Positions 53,207-64,000 of a DNA stretch of 64,000 bases are shown here, piece by piece. The stretch is from Mobula hypostoma. Its lineage: Eukaryota. Numbering within the stretch: the stretch's first letter is position 1; every line of letters starts with the position of its first letter. The stretch spans positions 114,018,001 through 114,082,000 of the forward strand of contig NC_086098.1 of NCBI RefSeq assembly GCF_963921235.1, in the 5' to 3' direction. A program made the position numbers and the translations under genes. The notes below the pieces were generated by a model that saw only the letters and a program-made list of their open reading frames with translations, made no database searches and was not told the origin of the DNA.

Positions 53207-53721
53207 AACTGAAGGAAGAGTTAGTAAGAGATTTGGAAGTGAGAGGGGGAGATCCAAAATGATAGGAGAAGACAGGAGGGGGAGGATGGAGCCAAGAGCT
53301 GGACAGGTGATTGGCAAAGGGGATATGAGAGGATCATCCTCTCATATCCCCTTTGCCAACAACACCTTATATTCCATCTGGGTAGCCTCCAACCTGATGG
53401 CATGAACATTGACTTCTCTAACTTCCGCTAATGCCCCACCTCCCCCTCGTACCCCATCCGTTATTTATTTCTATACACACATTCTTTCTCTCACTCTCCT
53501 TTTTCTCCCTCTGTCCCTCTCACTATACCCCTTGCCCATTCTCTGGGTTCCCCGCCCCCCTTGGTCTTTCTCTCTGGGCCTCCTGTCCCATGATCCTCTC
53601 ATATCCCTTTTGCCAATCACCTGTCCAGCTCTTGGCTCCATCCCTCCCCCTCCTGTCTTCTCCTATCATTTCTGATCTCCCCCTCCCACTTTCAAATCTC
53701 TTACTGGAGCTTCTTTCAGTT

Positions 53722-53757
53722 AGTCCTGACGAAGGGTCTTGGCCTGAAACGTCGACT
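53722..53757 (+). ncRNA. Minimal type I hammerhead ribozyme motif (intact core)
   Basis: agtc-CTGACGA-agggtcttggcct-GAAAC-GTC-gact. Confidence 0.78.
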
Positions 53758-53817
53758 GTATCTCTTCCTAGAGATGCTGCCTGGCCTGCTGCGTTCACCA
53801 GCAAGTTTGAACATAGA

Positions 53818-54318
53818 TAGGGTTGCCAACCGTCCCGTATTTGCCAGGACATCCCGTATATTGGGCTAAATTGGTTTGTCCCATACGGGACTGCCCTTGC
53901 CTCGTATTTCTCCCGCTAAGGTACAGTGTTCCTATGAAACCTTTTGTGCTGAAATGGCAAATACCATTAATTTATATGGGAAAAATTTTTGAGCGTTTCC
54001 AGACCCAAAAAATAACCTACCAAATCATGCCAAATAACACATAAAACCTAAAATAACAGTAACATATGGTAAAAGCAGGAATGATATGATAAATACACAG
54101 CCTATATAAAGTAGAAATAATGTATGTACAGTATAGTCAGGAAGATTAAGCCAAAACCAACTGGTGCAGGAAAAAAATCAGCACGTACGCACATGCACAC
54201 ATAGGTGTCCGCGCAAGGCTTCATGGTCATAGTAGTCTTTCTTGGGGTAAACACAAGTGTGTCGTATTTGACTGCTACTTTTGTCCCTTATTTGGGAGTG
54301 AGGAAGTTGGCAACCCTA
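53818..54318. mobile_element. hAT-like MITE captured inside the Charlie element
   Basis: Perfect 13-bp TIRs tagggttgccaac / gttggcaacccta; contains a Tigger 3' fragment. Confidence 0.7.
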
Positions 54319-57300
54319 ACTGTAAAAGACATGTTGAGGTGAGTTTAACCCTACTTGAACACCCCCTCTCTTCCACCTCCCCCCCCCCCCCCGGCCCCAG
54401 TCGGCCGGTCCGCGGTGCAAAAAAGGTTGGGGACCCCTGCTCTTTAATATTACTGACTCGCTTATTTTTGTATTCCATCTTTACCTTCTTAGTGCTTTTT
54501 AGTTGCCTTCTGTTGGTATTAAAAGCTTCACAATCCCCTAACTTCCCACTAATTTTTGCTCTATTATATGCCCTCTCTTTGGCTTTTACGTAGGCTTTGA
54601 CTTCCCATGTTAGCCATGGTTATCTTGCCTTTAGAATACTACTTCTTTGGGATCTTTATATCCTGTGCCTTATATTCTTTATATTCTGCACCTTCCAAAT
54701 TGCTTCCAGAAATTCCAGCCAGTGCTGCTCTGCCATCATCCCTGTCAGTGTTCTTCTCCAACCAACTCTGGCCAACTCCTCTCTCATGCCTCTGTAATGT
54801 CTTTTACTCCACTGTAATAACTGATACATCTGACTTTAGCTTCTCCTTCTCAAATTTTAGGGTGAATTCAAACATATTATGATCACTTTCCCCCAAGGAT
54901 TCTTAATTAGAGAAATTAAGCTCTCTAATTAATTTAAGTTCAATGCACAGAACCCAATCCAGGATAGCTCAACCACAAGCTGCTCTAAAAAGCCATCTCA
55001 TTGGCATTATAGAAATTCCCCCTCCAGTCATCCAGCATCAACCTGATTTTCCCAATCTACTTGCATATCGAAATTCTCCATGACTATTGCAACATTCCCC
55101 TTTTGGCATGTATTTTCTATTTTACATTGTAACTTGTAGACTGCATCCTTACTACTTTGGGGGGGGGGGTGGTCTGTATATAACTTCCATCAGGATCTTT
55201 TTACCCTTGTAGTTCCTTAGCTCTATTCACAACTATTGAACACCTTCCAACATTATTTCACTTATTTCTAATGATTTAGTTTCATTTTTTACCAACAGAG
55301 CCACACAACCCCCTCTGTCTCCCTGCCTATCCTTTCAATACAACATGCATCCTTGGACATTAAGCTCCCAGCTATAATCTTTTTTCAGTTATGATTCAGT
55401 GATGCCTACAACATTATACATGCCAATCTGTATCTGTGCTACAAGTTCATCAACCTTATTCCATATACTGTGCATATTTAAATAACACCTTTAGTCCTGT
55501 ATTCATCTTTTTTTGATTTTGTCCTCCTTTTACGTTGGAACTCATCCTGTTGACTGCAATTTTGCCCCATCAATAGCCTCTCCTTGCTAAGAGTTTCACT
55601 ACATATTGCCTGTTTGTAAACCACAACCTCATCTTCAGCACCATCACTCCAGTTCCCACCCCCATCAAATTAGTTTAAACCCACCTGAACAACTCTAGCC
55701 AACCTGCTCGCAAGGATATTGGACCTCCTCAGGTTCAAGTGTAACCCATCCATTTTGTACAGGTCATAACTTCCCCAGAAGAGATCCCCATGATCCATAA
55801 ATCTGAAACCCTGCCACATACACCAGTTCCTCAGCCACACATTAATCTACCAAATCATCCCATTCTTGACCTCACTGGCGCATGCCACAGGCAGTAATCC
55901 AGAGACTGTTACTGTGGAGATCTTGCTTTTCAGCTTTCTACCTAGCTCCCTAAAATCTCTCTTCACAACCTCTTCGCCTTGGCAATCTATGTTATTGGTG
56001 CCAATATGTACCAAGATTTCTGGTTGCTCACCCTCCCCCTTGAGAATGTCATGGACACAATCTGGGACATTCCTGATCCTGGCACCAGGGAGGATACCAC
56101 CTGGGTTTCTCCATTCCACCCACAGAATCTCATCCCTGTTCCTCTGACTGAGGAATCTCCTGTCAACACTGTAGTCCTCTTCACCTCTCTGCTCTTCTGA
56201 GCCACAGCACCAGACCCAGTGCCAGAGACCCAGTCACTGCGTCTACCCACCGCTGGTAGGTGATCCCTCTCAAAAGTGTCTAAAATTATATACTTATCAT
56301 TGAGGGGAATGGCCACAGGTGTACTCTGCACTGGCTGTGTATTTCCCCTCTTTCTCCTGACACTCAGTTACCTGTCTCCCGCAAGCTAAGGATAACAACC
56401 TCCCTATGGCTCCTGTTTATCACCTCCTCATTCTCCCGTATGAGTCGAAAGTCAACAAGCTGCAGCTCCAGCTCCTGAATACATTCTCTCAGGAGCTGCA
56501 GCTCGGTGCACCTGGTGCAGATGTGTTTATTATTATTATTATTTCCTTTTCTTTATTCTTGTATTTACACAGTTTACTGTCTTTTGCACATTGGTTGTTT
56601 GTCTATCTTAGGGTGTGGTCTTTCATTGATTCCATTGTGATTCTTGTATTTACTGAATGCCTGCAAAGAAAACAAATCTCAGGACTGTATATGGTGACAT
56701 ATGTATGTGGATAATAAATTTACTTTGACCATTGAATTGTTGTACAAATCCCTAATTGACTGTACTATAACAAGATACCAAGGGTCATTGTTGGCATGTG
56801 GGGAATCTTACCTTCAGTAGAGTAATTTAAAAAAAGCTTTGAAAATTGCTGGAGTACATTTTATAAGCAGAACAAGTCGCAAACACAGTAAACAAGTGTG
56901 GAAGGGGTAAATAGTTGGACTAGTGGATCTGGTCCAAATCCAGTTAGTGACTTTTCTCGGAATAGTGTTGAGCTTCCCAAATTGTTTAAACTGCACTTTG
57001 AGGTAACATAAATTTTCTTCACTATGCAGATGTGCAATTTTTTCCCAGCAAAAAATTGAACAAACTGTGGAAATTACAGTTAACAGCGGATCTGTTTTCA
57101 ATAATAAAACTTCATATTATAGTTATCATTTAGAAAACAAAACAAATTTGGTTTTGAAATTGGTCTTTTTTTTGCCTCAGAAGTCAATTGCTCTTTCAGT
57201 CAATTGTTCCCCACAAACCTTTCCCTTCCTGTCTGTAAATGCAGAGCAAGAAATAGTCCAACTTACAGAAAGTAAAAATATTGAAGAACAAGTCACAAGA

Positions 57301-57924
57301 ACTAAAATACATGAAATTGTGGACAGCATAAAAAAGGGAAAAACAGCATGTTGTAAAAGAAGTTACAAAACAGAAAGTAGGACCATTGACGAATCCTGTT
57401 GTCTGATCTTACTCCAATGTTGGAATAATCCAATTCAGTAATGCTTTTCAAGTTGAATTTTCAGGTTGATATACTGATTATGACATCAAGCCTACACAGA
57501 ATTAATAAAAAAGATATTTCAAATGCAAACTCACTATGAAACAGCATGATAAGGGGCTAAGGGGAAAGCATGGGATGAAGAATGCTATTACTAAAAAGTG
57601 AACATTACTCTTCAAATGTTAATAATTGGGGTAAAGGAGCACAGAGAGGATGCAGAATAAAACCCACTTTATGCAAAATGTGTCACTTAAAATGCAGATG
57701 CCAATACCCACCTCCCCCAAAAAAAATCAATGTTCATAAACATATAGAGTACAAAAAGCAAGTTTTCTACAATATCAGATAGCAAAAAACTTAAGCAATA
57801 ATATTGGGGAGAAATTAGTAAAGTATGTGTGAGGAATGGAAAATAATGTGCCTGTAAACAATAGCAAAATAATGTTATGAAGAAATTGAAAAGAGCAGCA
57901 ATTATAACTGTAGGAAATACAGAT

Positions 57925-58215
57925 CTCACCTGGAGCACCGGATATAATAGATGACACCGACAGACTTGCAGGTGAAGTTTTACCTTACCTTTAAGTCCTA
58001 AATGGTGTTGAGGGAGGAGGTGGAGGGGCAGGTCTAGCACTTGACATATTTGCAGGTACAAATGCCAGGAGGAAAATCAATAGGGAGGAATGTGTGGACA
58101 AGGGAGTCACATACTGATCCCTCCATAGATGTTGTGCAACTTTCTGAATTCCTCCAGCACTTTTTTTTATATACATGTTGCTCAAGACTTCCAGCATCTA
58201 TAATCTCGTGTTTTA
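57925..58215. mobile_element. Decayed Penelope GIY-YIG fragment (minus) joined to a pLTR tail (plus)
   Basis: Minus strand reads PGICTCKYVKC*TCPSTSSLNTI..FTCKSVGVIYYIRCSR. Confidence 0.65.
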
Positions 58216-58506
58216 GATTTTTTCTTCAGCAATCCCTTCAAGGATGACTTCTGTTCCAATTCTGAGAGTTGCAGAGCTGTTGGTGAGGTTAATGTGGAAC
58301 CCCAGACAATATCGCAGATAGGGCAAGAGGTACTCAACAGTTCTGTCTCCTCAATTTGTGACTTTCTGACAAATTAATTCTCAATGCAATCATAAATAAC
58401 CCTTATCCCTTTTGAAAGGGGTACAGTCTATACTTTCTTTTATTAAACTGCCAACAGTTTCTCACTGCTTATTGGATCAGCTCCTTGCATCACTTTACCT
58501 GGGCAG

Positions 58507-60065
58507 AAGATACAAAATCCTGAATGCCAAAGAGAGGGCATATAATAGAGCAAAAACTAATGGGAAGATAGATGATTGGGAAGCTTTTCAAAACTACAGA
58601 AGGCAACTAAAAAAAGTCATACAAGGAAACGATGGCTAACCAATAATATTAAAGAGGATACCAAAAGTTTATTCAGATACATAGTGTTTTAAAAAAAGAG
58701 GCAAGAGTGGATATTGGACCGAAGGAAAACGATGCTGGAGAGGTGGTGAAGGGGTACAAGGAAACGGCAGATGAACTGAATAAGTATTTTGCATCAGTCT
58801 GCACTGTGGAAGACACTAGCAGTATGGTGGAAGTTGAAGTGTGCCAGGGGCAGAAGGTGTGTGAAGTTATCATTACTAAGGAGAAGGTTCTTGGGAAACT
58901 GAAAAGTCTGAAGGTAGATAGGTCACCTGGACCAGATTGTATACACCCCAGGTTTCTGAAAGAGGTGGCTGAAGAGATTGTAGAGGCATTAGCAAAGATC
59001 TTTCAAGAATCAATTGATTCTGGCATGGTTCCAGAGGAATGGTAGATTGCATATGTCACTCCACTCTTTAAGAAGGAAGCAAGGCAGAAGAAATTATAGG
59101 CCAGTTAATCTGACCTCAGTGGTTGGGAAGATGGAGTCAAGTGTAAAGAATGTGGTTTCAGGGTACTTGGAGGTAACATGATAAAATAGGCCATAGTCAA
59201 CATGGTTTCCTTAAGGGAAAATCTTGTCTGACAGATGTGTTGGAATTCTTTGAAGAAATAACAAGTAGGATTGCAGGTTGAGTCTATGGTGAGGAAGGCA
59301 AATGCAGTGTTAGCATTCATTTCAAGAGGACTAGAATATAAAAATAAGGATGTAATGTGAGGCCTAGCTTGGAGTATTGTAAGCTGCTTTGAGACCCTTA
59401 TCTAAGAAAGGCTTTTCTGGCATTGGAGAGGGTTCAAAGGAGGTTCACAAAAGTGATTCCAGGATTGAAAGGCTTATCATACGGTGCGTTTGATGGCTCT
59501 GGGCCTGTGCTCACTGGAGTTCAGAAGAATCAGAATCAGGTTGTTATCACCGGCATGTGACGTGAAATTTGTTAACTTAGCAGCAGCAGTTCAATGCAAT
59601 ACATAACCTAGCAAAGAGAAAAAATAATAAATAAAATAAAAATAAATAAACAAGTAAATCAATTATGTATATTGAATAGCTGAGAAAAACATGCAAAAAC
59701 AGAAATAAGGGGTGACCTCATTGAAACCTAGCGAACATTGAAAGATAGAGTGGATATGGAGAAGATGTTTTCTATGCTGCAGGGGTCTAAGACCAGAGGA
59801 CACAGTCTCAAATTGGAGGGGTGTCCTTTTAGAACAGAGATGAGGAAGAATTTCTTTAGCCAGAGAGTGGTGAATCTGGAATTTGTTGGAGACCACTTCA
59901 TTAGGTATATTTACGCAGAGGTTGGTAGATTCTTGATTAGTCTGGGCATGACAGGATATGAGGAGGAGGCAGGATTGGGCTGAGAGGGAAAATGGACCAA
60001 CCATAATGAAACGGCAGAGCACACTCAACGGGCCAAATGTTCTAACTCTGCTCAAATATCCTCAT
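58507..60065 (+). mobile_element. CR1 LINE fragments with deletions
   Basis: DELNKYFASV, SPGPDCIHPRFLKE, TRGHSLKL, EMRKNFFSQRVVN. Confidence 0.85.
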
Positions 60066-60548
60066 GGAAAGCACGTACCACCAGGCTCAAGGACAGCTTG
60101 TATCCCACTGTTATAAGACTATTGAATGGTCCCCCAGTACGAAAAGATCAAAATCAGGTTTATTATCAGTCTTGTATGATATAAAACTCGGTTTGTAGCA
60201 GCAGCAGTAGTACTATGCAAAGACAAACTTACTAGAAATTACAAAGTAAGTAAAAAGATAAAAAACGAGTAATGAGATAGTGTTCATGGATCACGCAGAA
60301 ATCTGTCTGCAGAGTAAGAAGCCATTTCTGAATTCTTGACTCTGAATCGTCAGGCTCCTGTACCTTCATCCTGATGGTAGCAATGAGAAGAGGGCAGTCC
60401 CCGGATGGTTAAGGTCATCAGTGATGGACCTCCTCAATAAGCCCATGATGAAGCTGACCAAGTCTACAGCTCTCAGAAGCCTCGTGATCCTGTGCATTGG
60501 ACCCTCCCTATTAGGCTATGATGCACCATTTAGACTGCTCTCTATCAA

Positions 60549-61725
60549 GTCAAGTCACTTTTTATCGTCATTTCGACCATAACTACTGGTACAGTACACA
60601 GTAAAAACAAACGAGACAATTTTTTTCAGGACCATGGTGCTACATGAAACAATACAAAAACTACACTGAACTACGTAAAACAACACAAAAACTACTCCAG
60701 ACTACAGACCTACCCAGGAGTGCATAAAGTGCACAAACCAGTGCAGGCATTACAATAAATAATAAACAAGACAATAGGCACAGTAGAGGGCAGTAGGTGG
60801 GTGTCAGTCCAGGCTCTGAGTATTGAGGAGTCTGATGGCTTAGGGGAAGAAACTGTTACATAGTCTTGTGGTGAGAGTCCGAATGCTTTGGCACCTTTTG
60901 CCAGATGGCAGGAAGGAGAAGAGTTTGTACGAGGGGTGCTGTTTGCTTTGCAGATGCAGCGTGAGGTATAATGGCGGGAAGAGAGACCCCGATGATCTTC
61001 TCAGCTGACCTCACTATCCGCTGCAGGGTCTTGAGATCCGAATCAGTCAGTAATACAGCCGCTCAGGATGCTCTCAATACAACCTCTGTAGAATGTGGTG
61101 AGGATGGGGGGTGTAAGATGGACTTTTCTCAGCCTTCACAGAAAGTAGAGACGCTGCTGGGCTTTCTTTGCTATGGAGCTGGTGTTGAGGGATCAGGTGA
61201 GATTCTCCGCCAGGTGAACACCAAGAAATTTGGTGCTCTTAACGATCTCTACGGAGGAGTTGTTGATGTTCAGCGGAAAATAGTCGCTCCGTGTCCTCCT
61301 GAAGTCAACAACCATCTCTTTTGTTCACACTCAGACAGGTTATTGGCTCTGCACCAGTCCGTTAGCCGCAGCACCTCCTCTCTGTATGCTGACTCATCGT
61401 TCTTGCTGATGAGACCCACCACGGTCGTGTCATTGGCGAACTTGATGATGTGGTTCAAGCTGTGTGTTGCAGCACAGTCATGGGTCAGCAGAGTGAACAG
61501 CAGTGGACTGAGCACACAGCCCTGGGGGGGGGCCCCGTGCTCAGTGTGATGGGTGTTGGAGATGCTGCTTCCGATCCGGACTGACTGAGGTCTCCCAGTC
61601 AGGAAGTCTAGGATCCAGTTGCAGAGGGAGATGTTCAGGCCCAGTAGGCTCAGCTTTCCGATCAGTTTCTGAGGAATGATTGTGTCGAATGCTGAACTGA
61701 AGTCTATGAACAGCATTCCAACGTA
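60549..61725 (-). mobile_element. Rex1/Babar-like LINE, 5'-truncated
   Basis: [45 protein letters not shown]; (tgact)n tail; flanking ctatcaa repeat. Confidence 0.85.
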
Positions 61726-62379
61726 CTATCAAACATCTATAGAAATTTTCATGTCTTTGGTGACTTTTGAGCTCAATGTACTTCATTATGGCCTTGCACT
61801 TTGTTGTATGCTTTCACTGCTCTTTGAACTGTAACACTTTATTCTACATTCTGTTATAGTCTTCCCTTGTACTACTTCAATGCACTGTTATAATGAAATT
61901 ATCTATATGAATGACAAATGCTAAACAAGGCTTTTTTTTAAAGAAAACTATACCTTGGTACATGCGACAAGAGTTAAAAAATACACTTGGACTAAGATGT
62001 TAACTGTCCTGTGCTATCACCAGTGGGATCATCAGTTGATCTGCCACCTGTCGTCAAGAATTTCGGCCCGCTTATGATCAAGACTCCCTCGAGGTGGTGG
62101 GCCAGCAGTGCTGAAGCACCACCTCCCACTGGTGTGCTTAAAAACTTGGAATCTGCCTCTATCAGAGTTATAAACAAGGCTTTTTTATAAAAACCATACC
62201 TTGGTATATGCGACAATAATTAACCAATTTACAATTTAACCAGGCTGCATTGACAATCATTTGTCACAGTTCACTTGCTGGAAACAAATCCTATCACCTG
62301 TGCTGACCTTCACCTGACTACTCTTTGCAAATCAGTCCCCGAGGGTTCAATATTTCACATTACAATTTTGGGTGGAGTT

Positions 62380-63650
62380 ATTAGTTTCCAACTTGTAGGA
62401 AGTGCAGTTTACAGACAGATCACAGGAATATAGCCACGCTAAACTTAAAGAGAAGTTAGCATTAAATATAATCAGAGGCAAAAATCCCTATTGCAATATA
62501 TCCAAGGCTACAATACAAAGCAAGGGAGGAAATATTTACTGAGCACAATTGAAGTGTCAGATTACTCGAAGACAGAAAACACTATCTTTATTCAAGGGCA
62601 GCAAGGATAAATCAGGTAATAATCGGCCAGTTAACAAAGGTCTATCAACGGTTAGATTAAAAAATTAATAGAAAAGAACCTGAGACACTTCGGATAATCA
62701 TCTTGGCTTTATTGGTGGGAGATGCAAATTTGTTTTGAAGAGTTAATTAAACATAATGATGAAGACAGCATGGTTGACTTGGTTTACATTGATTTTAAGG
62801 CTTTTTTGACAAGGTCTTTCATAGAAGACTGGTTAAGAATGCCTAGAACTCATGGATCCAATGCAAGTTGGCAAACTGAATGCAGAACAAAATGAGGGTG
62901 ATGGTGGAGAGTCTTGACGAAGGGTCTCGGCCTGAAACGTCGACTGCACCTCTTCCTATAGATGCTGCTTGGCCTGCTGAGTTCACCAGCAACTTTGATG
63001 TATGTTGTTGTGATGGTGGAGAGTTGCTTTTGTGATTCAAAGTCCGTGATAAGCAATGTATTACATGAAGTAGTGCTGGAACTCTTGCTTTTTTAAAAAG
63101 AAATATGAACATTAACATATGTCATGAAATTTGATGTTTTGTGACCTAGATACCAGGTGGCGAGATCGTTAAGTTTGTGGATGACAGCAAAATTGGTGGT
63201 ATTATGCACAGTAAAGAAAATTCACCAAGACTACAATAAGATCTAGATTAACTGGTAAAAATGGGCTAAGGAATGATACATGGAATCTAACCACACAAGT
63301 ACAAAGTGCTGCATTTTAGGAAGTTAAAACCAGTAAATGGTAGGGCTGGGAGAGATTTCTAGTACAGAGAAACAGGGGGAGAAAATACATAGTTCCCTCA
63401 AACTGGCAACACAGATGGACAGAATAGTGAAGATGGAATTTGGCATGCTTTAGTCAGGATACTGAAGGGGTACAAGAGTTCGGACATTGTGTTACATTTG
63501 TACAAGACGTTAGTGAGACCACATTTGTAGTATTGTGTGCAGTTGTAGCTGCTTAGCTACAAGGAAGGATGACATCAAGCTGGAAAGGGTTCAGAAAATA
63601 TTCAGAAGGATGTTAGTAGGACTGGAGGGTTCAGTTATGAGGAGAGTCAA
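62380..63650 (+). mobile_element. Old CR1 LINE fragment
   Basis: Decayed VYIDF.K.FDK, KFVDDSKIG and YKTLVRPHL.YCVQ motifs; boundaries approximate. Confidence 0.7.
62913..63009 (+). mobile_element. 97-bp Penelope pLTR insertion consisting mostly of a hammerhead motif (62910-62945)
   Basis: 15-bp TSD gtgatggtggagagt (62898-62912/63010-63024); agtc-TTGACGA-agggtctcggcct-GAAAC-GTC-gact. Confidence 0.82.
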
Positions 63651-64000
63651 TCTCAGTAATGGTAATCATGAAACTATTAGATGGTTGTTTAAAACAATAT
63701 AGTTTACTGCAACTCCATCAAGGAGGAAAATATCCCATCCTTGGCCAATCTGCCTCTATTTGAATTCTCACAACCCCACCAATTGTGATAAATTCTTCAA
63801 AGTCTCCTCAGTTCAGTGAAGCATAATATTTCTCCTGCTGTGGTCACCATTATCTCCTCCCCGATACAAAAATCAAATCCTTCACATTTTTGCAAGATGT
63901 TTTTACAAGACACTTCCACTTGACAAGATTTACTTCTACTGAGCATTTATCTTGCCTTTTTTCTTATATTAATGAGCCACTAAAGAACTGATTTTTGAAC

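Larger units (their letters stand above)
53072..53806. mobile_element. Fold-back Penelope insertion with two inverted pLTRs
   Basis: Arms ~53124-53337 and 53590-53804; 15-bp TSD ttgaacatagatagg (53057-53071/53807-53821); spacer includes GIY-YIG C-terminus (QHLIFHLGSLQPDGMNIDF). Confidence 0.88.
52974..54439. mobile_element. Composite hAT-Charlie non-autonomous element
   Basis: TIRs cagcggttcccaacc / ggttggggacccctg; perfect 8-bp TSD ctctttaa (52966-52973/54440-54447). Confidence 0.88.
51171..56525 (-). mobile_element. Long decayed CR1 LINE (ORF1 esterase, APE, RT) with nested insertions
   Basis: ORF1 GDSSVRG/PGARI/VHIGTNN; APE ~54950-55500; RT SQHGF, AFDKVPH, LEYCVQFWAP; 3' UTR at ~51171. 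Confidence 0.85.

Noticed and set aside
57930-58055. Exon-like segment on the minus strand with gtaagg and gtgaga donors (possible upstream MAP7 exon)
   Set aside because: Translates as a decayed Penelope zinc-knuckle/GIY-YIG region (FTCKSVGVIYYIRCSR) with no MAP7 similarity
62020-62075. GAAA...CTGATGA on the minus strand suggesting a permuted hammerhead
   Set aside because: Helix II does not pair and helix III cannot form; only a 4-bp helix I

Overview
Eukaryotic, repeat-rich vertebrate DNA, most likely a cartilaginous fish (HE1/V-SINE, Penelope pLTR and CR1/Rex1 repeat content; inference). One host gene crosses the window on the minus strand: MAP7 (ensconsin). Nine phase-compatible GT-AG coding exons lie between 47967 and 6711; the first exon and the C-terminal exons are outside the window. 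There is also one candidate cassette exon and one alternative 3' splice site. The introns hold three complete but decayed Ty3/Gypsy LTR elements (CsRN1-like, Mag-like, and one with a PNMA/MOAP1-type Gag nested in a full-length L1), CR1, Rex1/Babar and RTE LINE fragments, and Tigger and hAT DNA-transposon derivatives. The most notable signal is a family of Penelope-like pseudo-LTR insertions with ~15-bp target-site duplications that carry minimal type I hammerhead ribozyme motifs. The two intact copies in the sense of the MAP7 pre-mRNA each sit in a fold-back with their own antisense copy. No prokaryotic features, CRISPR arrays, tRNA or rRNA genes were found.
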